Origin: Eledone cirrhosa
Lineage: Eukaryota
Reading direction: 5' to 3'
DNA length: 64,000 bases
Assembly (NCBI GenBank): GCA_964016885.1
Contig: OZ024743.1
Span: 279,682,001-279,746,000 of the forward strand
Below, piece after piece: positions 56,461 through 64,000 of this stretch. The translations under genes and the position numbers were made by a program. Position 1 is the stretch's first letter. Each line of letters starts with the position of its first letter. The notes below the pieces were generated by a model. The model saw nothing but the letters and a program-made list of their open reading frames with translations. It was not told where the DNA came from and searched no databases.

Positions 56461-56648
56461 TTGTTTCTACTTTTGGCACAAGGCCAGCAATTATTCCAGT
56501 GTATTTAGTGGTACTTTATTTTATCGACCCCGTCAGGATGAAAGGCAAAGTTAACCTTGGCGGGATTTGAACTCAGATCGTAAAGGGACGTAACTATGCT
56601 GGAAAGCATGGTGTCCGACCCTCTACCGATACTGCCAATTCACCGCCC
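56461..56648 (-). mobile_element. SINE copy
   Basis: Colinear with 232-415; near-TSD CTATTAACA(T/C)TATAAT on both sides. Confidence 0.9.
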
Positions 56649-56954
56649 TCTATTAACACTATAATGCATGCTAGAAAATATATTTTTGTTATACGATTAT
56701 CGACAAATAGCTCTTTAAGTATAGGATTGTTCAGAATTGACGGGTGGATAATCTCTATCACTTCTATACAGTGGCTAGTTTAGAAAACCTTTCTTTGGAA
56801 CATTTCAAAATATCAACCTAAAACGTATTGTCTTATTTAATCTACACTCTGTACACAATGCAGTTATTGCAGTAGACCACTTGTAAGTGCCATATTTAAT
56901 AGGAAGCAAACCAAATGCAAAATAGATATAAAAAATGTTAATCAAACACCTTCA

Positions 56955-57021
<67 letters not shown>

Positions 57022-57030
<9 letters not shown>

Positions 57031-57176
57031 ACAGGGAGAAAGAGACGATTATTAGGAAGAAAAATATGTTTTTTTCCTTTTTTGTTTCACTCTCTCTTTT
57101 TTCTGGGTTAAAAAATGATTAAAACGAAATATATTTTTCTTCCTAATAATCGTCTCTTTCTCCCTGTTTTCATATA
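57022..57176. repeat. Small fold-back element between (TA)n tracts
   Basis: ATATGAAAACAGGGAGAAAGAGACGATTATTAGGAAGAAAAATAT and its exact reverse complement. Confidence 0.88.
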
Positions 57177-57489
57177 TATATATATATATATAATCTAGCA
57201 TAAGAAAAGTCATGTGGTTCAACACAAAGTTTAGAAACTTCTTATAATTTATAAAACACATTTTTCATAACCCCTATTATCACGGACCAGTGTTAAAGTA
57301 CCTTATGTCATGGTCACGTAAATCCTGATTGAGTCGTAATGGCGCCATATTAACATACGGCGTTTCTTGGACATCTTAAAACTGGTGGACCCCATCCCTC
57401 TCCAGGCCTGGGTACAACAGATTTCTTTCAGAGAACGTTAGAAATTGACAGACAGGAAGTGAGAAATAGATACAGAGAAAGAATCGGCA

Positions 57490-57640
57490 CCAATACTAGA
57501 CTGGTACATTTTTGTCGACCTCGAAAGGATGAAACGCAGCCTTGACCTCGACGGGATTTGAACTCAGAGAGCCGAAAGACGGAACGTATACCACAAAGCT
57601 CTCTGTCCAACATTCTAACGACTCTGACGATTCGCCACCG
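57490..57640 (-). mobile_element. Older SINE of the same Nin-like superfamily
   Basis: CTGGTAC...GTCGACCTCGAAAGGATGAAA...GGGATTTGAACTCAG...TCTAACGACTCTG. Confidence 0.78.
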
Positions 57641-58475
57641 TTAAAGTACTTTATCGATACGCGATAAAAATGGTCACTGCATTAATTCAACAGAATAAAA
57701 GTAACCACACACGTAGGTTCAAAGCTAACCTACCCTAGAAATACAATTGCAGCAAAGTCATATCTTGTTGTCTCAATGAGCACGATATAACAGGAAAAAT
57801 AGTGAATCGAGCCGAGCTATCATCCGTCGATTCTACTGAGAATAAATGTAGCATCATGGAAAATTCTTTCAGCAAGGAAAATTAATTTGAACTCATGTTC
57901 ATACAAGATCTGGAAACAGAAAAAATGGAAGACACAATAACACATTCGTCTGGTCTGTAATAGAACCTGCAACTGTCTATATTAACGAACGAATAAAATA
58001 CATATGTGCTCTGACTCACCGAAAAATATAACAATCTATCCGAGCCTGTTGAGGCATTGAATAAAATACAAAACAACATGATAAAGGGTAGACAAATGAA
58101 CAAATAAATCATAAAGAAAGCATAGAAAAATACTTATTGTGAAAAGGGCCAACCTTTGTTAGAAATTATAAAAATAATCCTCACTAAGTTGTCACACACG
58201 ACCAACAAATCAATAGTAAAGATTTTGTGGAGTGGGATTATGTGTCAAATAAGAGTTCCTAATTGGATAAACGCCAGAGAAACGGTAAAGTCTGAGTATT
58301 TACGAACTAAAAGCCGAGAGATACACCCATAATTAGGTAGCAATGTAGATATAAAAATGAACACATTATGTTGACATACAGAAAATAAGTTTACAAATAC
58401 CTATTTAGGCACACAAAAGTATATTCACACAGACACAGATACACACAAACATACGAACACACACACACACACACC

Positions 58476-58531
<56 letters not shown>

Positions 58532-58630
58532 ATGTATATATATATATATATGTATACATATACACATATATATGTATATATATATATATATACATGTATA
58601 TTATTCATGTATATATATATATATATATAC

Positions 58631-58669
<39 letters not shown>

Positions 58670-58706
58670 CACATATATATATACATATATATACGTATTT
58701 ATGTAG

Positions 58707-58750
<44 letters not shown>

Positions 58751-58869
58751 CTACATAAATACGTATATATATGTATATATATTGACACACATATCTCTGT
58801 ATGTATATATGTTTGTGTGTGCGTATGCATAAATATATATATGTGTCTGTGTCTGTATATATGTGTATA

Positions 58870-58965
<96 letters not shown>

Positions 58966-59458
58966 CATACATATAAACATATACAGAGAGAGAGGGGGGC
59001 AGAGAGAGACAACTAGATAGGTAGTAAAGTAGGTAGGTGTGTATGTATGTAGATTTGTAAATAACTATATGAAGATAACTGGCATAAAGATACAAAATTC
59101 TATAGAATAAAAGAGGTATAAGGTTACATTAATAAGTACGTAATCACTATTGGTGAATATTTCCTCAAGCTGAAGGGCTTGACAAAAAAGCCCATCAGAT
59201 TCCATTCAACACCACAACGAGGCATCCTGCATGAAGGAGAGTAACCGGAAATTAAAGCTCAAAATTTTGTCGCTTACACTAACGCACGTAAATATTGGTA
59301 AATTAATCTGAAGCAAATATTATCCCCAAGTGGTACGCCGACTGACGCGTGTACGCTCACTTATAATGAGGAATAGCGTCAGCACGTGTGTTACATATAT
59401 GTATGTTTTCATTAATGTTATATATACGTATATATATATGTGTGTGTGTGTGTATGTG

Positions 59459-59489
<31 letters not shown>

Positions 59490-59997
59490 CAGAGTATGTG
59501 TGTGTATTTACGTAGGTGTAAATCTTACAAACTTTTCACATAAGTAGAGTTACAAATATAAGTGTTTACACGTATGTGTGCTCTTATAGCTTTACAAATA
59601 TATGTAACTATATACATGAAATAACCTGTCTATACATCCATACACATACACACACACATTATATACATAAATATATGTATGTATGCATGCATGTATATAC
59701 GTATATACCTATATGTATACAAACACTTACTCATATATATAGAAACACATACACACATACACACATGCATATTACAATCATACCTACATACATATATATA
59801 TACATACCTACCTACATACCTACCTACCTACCTACATACATATACACATACATACATAAGTATATGTAAGTATATATGTAAGTATATACATCAACCCATT
59901 CATACATACATATGTACTCAGATACATATACACTCAAGCGTATGTACATATGACATTGTACATTGCAATACAGGTTTTTGCTATATATTAAACTGTA

Positions 59998-60056
<59 letters not shown>

Positions 60057-60058
<2 letters not shown>

Positions 60059-60669
60059 AAGTATGTATACGTACATACATATATGTATACAGACGTACAG
60101 TAGTATGTATATATATATATACATACATACACACATATATATATATATATGTACGTATGGATTTACCGAACATTTATTATAATGCTCGGTGTGTTTGTAA
60201 ACAAACATCCCGAATTAAGCCGTACAGTGTCTAACAGCCATCGTTGCCCTTTTTGTTCAACACTAACAATGGAACGCTGTACTAGTTTCAAGCTTATTAG
60301 CTATCGTCACCACCGTATACCTTCCTGATGATTGAACGTCTGAAAGTATATATTTTCCTTATGCATATTAACGGCTGAGGAGCCTAATTTGCATAAGGCG
60401 TGAGTTAATCAGGAAGGTATACGGTGCTGACGATAGCTAATAAGCTTGAAACTAGTACAGCGTTCCTTTGTCAGTGTTGAACAAAAAGGGCAACGATGGT
60501 TGCTAGACACTGTACGGCATAATTCGGGATGTTTGTTTACAAACACACCGAGCATTATAATAAATGTTCGGTGAATCCATACGTACATATATATATGTGT
60601 GCATGTGTGTATATGTATACATACTACTGTACGTCTGTATACATATATGTATGTACATATACATACTTA
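60057..60669. repeat. Long fold-back (about 270-bp arms) containing a hammerhead
   Basis: 60057-60329 is the reverse complement of 60408-60669 with several substitutions. Confidence 0.9.
60422..60462 (+). ncRNA. Minimal type I hammerhead ribozyme motif
   Basis: CGGTG-CTGACGA-tAGCT-aata-AGCTt-GAAA-CTAG-TA-CAGCG; palindromic stem III ACTAGT; the mirror copy has GTGACGA. Confidence 0.78.
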
Positions 60670-61689
60670 TATTTAAGTAACAGCCGTACTAAGAGTGAGA
60701 AATGAGATTTCGTTTCATTTTTTCCGTTTATATATATATATATAGTCATAGTGTTACGAGAAACAACTATATCTATGGCTGTATAGATGTTTTTAAATAG
60801 GTGGGTGGGTGTGCTTTAAAATAAACCGATTTGTTTGCTCACATGTAAATTAATATTTAAGAACATCAGTCTATGTGTCCATTCGTCTATCTGTTTCACC
60901 TTTTCTTTATTCCCCTCATCTCTCTCTCCCTTTCTCAATTACTCTCATTCGCTGTATTTATATATATATATATACAGCTCGCTGTATTTATATATATATA
61001 TATATATAGCTCGTTACTATATTGTTATATAATGGATGATAGCATTTAAAGTCCGTTAAAGGTTCTTGGCAATACCATTGTTACCGTCGCTTTCCTGTAG
61101 CGATGGGGCTTGGAGACATGAACCAAATGCTACCATTCTATTTTATATCAATGTGAACTGCTATTCCTAATAGCCATCTTTTCACCCCTTGATAATTTGT
61201 GTGTGAGACACGTTGGCAGAGAGGTTCTGACAGGAACTAAAAGATTGATTCTTTTTAGCTTCCCGTCCTCACGTAAAATTTGTAAATCAGTGGCTAGTTG
61301 AGAGATAGAGTCCTATCGGGTGCCAGTTGATAATCTCTTTACCGTGTCGGTTGTCACAAACAGTCATGACCGGCATGGGCTGGTGTTTGGATTCTGTCGA
61401 TCGATTGGTTATTGATTAGGTGATAACCGCTGATGAAGCCGCATAAGCCGATTGTGCATTGTTGATTAATATATGGAGACAGATGGTGCAGTGCACCTTA
61501 CTGATGCATTAGTGCAGCAGAAACTCGAGTCCGGGAACCTTATAGGCACCCGTTTTACGTGTGTTGTGTTGAGGCAATAACTATGTGTATACTCTGGTAA
61601 TGTATCTTACATTGCCCATTGAGTGCGCTGAGATACAACCGGTACTGGCATTGATAAATATGCTGGGTCCGTCAACCCTTATTATATAA

Positions 61690-61726
<37 letters not shown>

Positions 61727-62020
61727 CACGGTGCGGACGATATTTGTTCGCAAGATTACTGTCTAGGAAAGAGTAATACAATAGTTTTATTTTTTAAGAT
61801 ATATTTATCAAACTTGTGTCAGTTTGTCTTCATCACTTGTTCTTTCGATCTCACTCGATAAACCCGCCATTGGCTTTGATGACGGCTTCAAGGCGGCATC
61901 GGAACCGGCTACAGGCCTTCGTCACTGTCCCTCGACTTAGGCCCCTAAAGGCACTTGTGATCCTGGCCTTCAGATCGTCTTTCGTATTGCAGCTAGATCT
62001 GTTGGTGTCTCCTTCCACCA
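61727..62020 (-). mobile_element. Tc1/mariner-superfamily (maT/DD37D-like) transposon right end with transposase C-terminus
   Basis: VEGDTNRSSCNTKDDLKARI...KACSRFRCRLEAVIKANGGFIE; terminus TA|CACGGTGCGGAC at 61727. Confidence 0.8.
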
Positions 62021-62026
62021 TATGTG

Positions 62027-62128
<102 letters not shown>

Positions 62129-63118
62129 CATACATATATACATATACACAAAATTTAGGTATAAAAATATATCAATTATGTTTAATATTAGTGCGTCTCA
62201 ATAGAACAGCTCTATGGACATTTGTCCAGAGCATCTATAAGTCAAATTAATAGATATATGTAAATATATATAGAGCGAAAAGGCCATATATCTTGTGAGA
62301 ATACACAGTATTTTGTATACATACAAAGCACATATTAAGGAAGAATATGTACTTTAGATGGAAAGTAGCTTTTTCCTTATAACGCTATTTACTGATTCGA
62401 AGTACGACAACGTAAAATCGATCTAAGCAATGGATCATCGATCACCTATTATCGATTTTGTTTATGTTATGGGAGACGCAAATCGATCATCAGTGGAATT
62501 CATCAATCATATTATTCCAAATGAAAGACCCCAAACTTGGATGACTTAGGGAAATATGTAAATGACAAGGATGGTAAGTTATGCTGTATCTAGAAGCGGA
62601 GAACTTCTAAATACACCAGCTACATCCACTAATTCCTTCGCGATAACATTCAATAGAGCAAAAAAGAGAAGATCGTTGTTCATAAATTAGATACAATAGA
62701 CGCATATGACAAACATCCGAAGCAGAAAGTAGAAAAAGATCTTTAGAAATAATACAAAATAGTCGTTGCAGGTTTGGGTTTTATGTCACAATATTGACTA
62801 GAACGAAACTAGATATTCCCTATCATTGTTAATATCACCCAACATAACAGGAGCAAGTTTTCCTATACGAAGGAACCGGAAGCGGATTGATCTCCAGTCG
62901 ACAGCTGACTGAGGGAATGACTCGCAGTACAGACCAGTAATACATTCATACACGCATACATATCTATATATATTATCTATTTATGTATGCGTGTGGGGTG
63001 GGGGGTATGTTGGTGTGTGTGAGTGTGTCAGCGTAACAGATACCGAATGATATATATATATGTAAATGGAAAAAAATGAAACGAAATTTCACTTCTCATT
63101 CTTAGTACGGCTGATACT

Positions 63119-63157
<39 letters not shown>

Positions 63158-64000
63158 AGAGAGGGGGGAGAGAAAGAGATTTATAGATATATAGATAGAT
63201 AGATGAATTGATAGATAGTATCTTTTATTTAATTTCATCTTACGTTGTTCTTTCTATACAGCACAATCTTTTTTTTATATTTAGTATATTACCTACTTTT
63301 TAATATACACAACACCGCCAATCATTCTTTACCACACTTCTTTTATCCTATTTCTTTTTCCTGTCCTTTTTCTTCGCCGTTTCCTTCGTCTTCTATTCCA
63401 GTATGCCTATGCTATAATATAAGGTTATTATGTTTGCCATTGATTTGACACATACACAGGTCGGCTGATATATCTTTAACATGTCACGTATAATGTGCAG
63501 CATTAAACACACACAGAAATACACACACAAATATAATCACAAAAGCATACGTACATTATACATATAGACATAGATACATTGAAACACAGATAAAAAGAGA
63601 AAATAAGATGAAAAAAATAAATGCGAACCACAGCCACAATAAGAAAACTAACAATAACAGGAATAACAATAATAAAAACAAACTATAAACTATAATCTCA
63701 ACAGTTAAGTCAATTGACTGCACCAATTTATCTGGCCAGAAAAGTAAACGCCAGAAGGAAATCATGGCCGATGATTAAGTTACAGGCGTGAATTTGTTCA
63801 ATGTGACGAGATGAGACGAAGGCAAGCGAAAGCCGTCTATGTTAACAGGGGAAGGAGGTGGAATAGCACTGTATTCTGGGGGAATTAGGACGAATAATTG
63901 AAGAACGTTTAACGAGTGGACATCTTGAAATCAATCTTAAGCAAATATATGAAGATTCCATGTCAGACTGTAGCGTTACGCAGCGACAAAAATGGTGTAT

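Noticed and set aside
61425-61460. CTGATGA as another ribozyme core
   Set aside because: No GAAA segment or complementary stems in either the standard or the permuted order.

Overview
AT-rich animal genomic DNA full of microsatellites, with no recognisable host gene. An octopod cephalopod origin is inferred from the tRNA-derived Nin/Deu-domain SINEs and the extreme (TA)n/(CA)n/(GA)n load. Almost all ORF-track entries are microsatellite translations. The real content is decayed mobile DNA: R4/Dong-like, Tx1-like, RTE and CRE LINE fragments, four Naiad-type Penelope-like element (PLE) fragments, a hAT/Buster transposon nested in a non-autonomous Helitron, hATm and Tc1/mariner remnants, and about 13 copies of one SINE family. 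Many small elements sit in (TA)n tracts with fold-back or direct terminal repeats, and several carry minimal type I hammerhead ribozymes. The most unusual signal is a recurring motif (six copies, four sequence variants) with all three hammerhead core segments (NUH, GAAA, CUGANGA) in an order matching none of types I-III. Its stems I and III covary between variants and cross as an H-type pseudoknot, and it has no canonical stem II. It is a candidate new permuted hammerhead carried by retrozyme-like elements; activity is untested.
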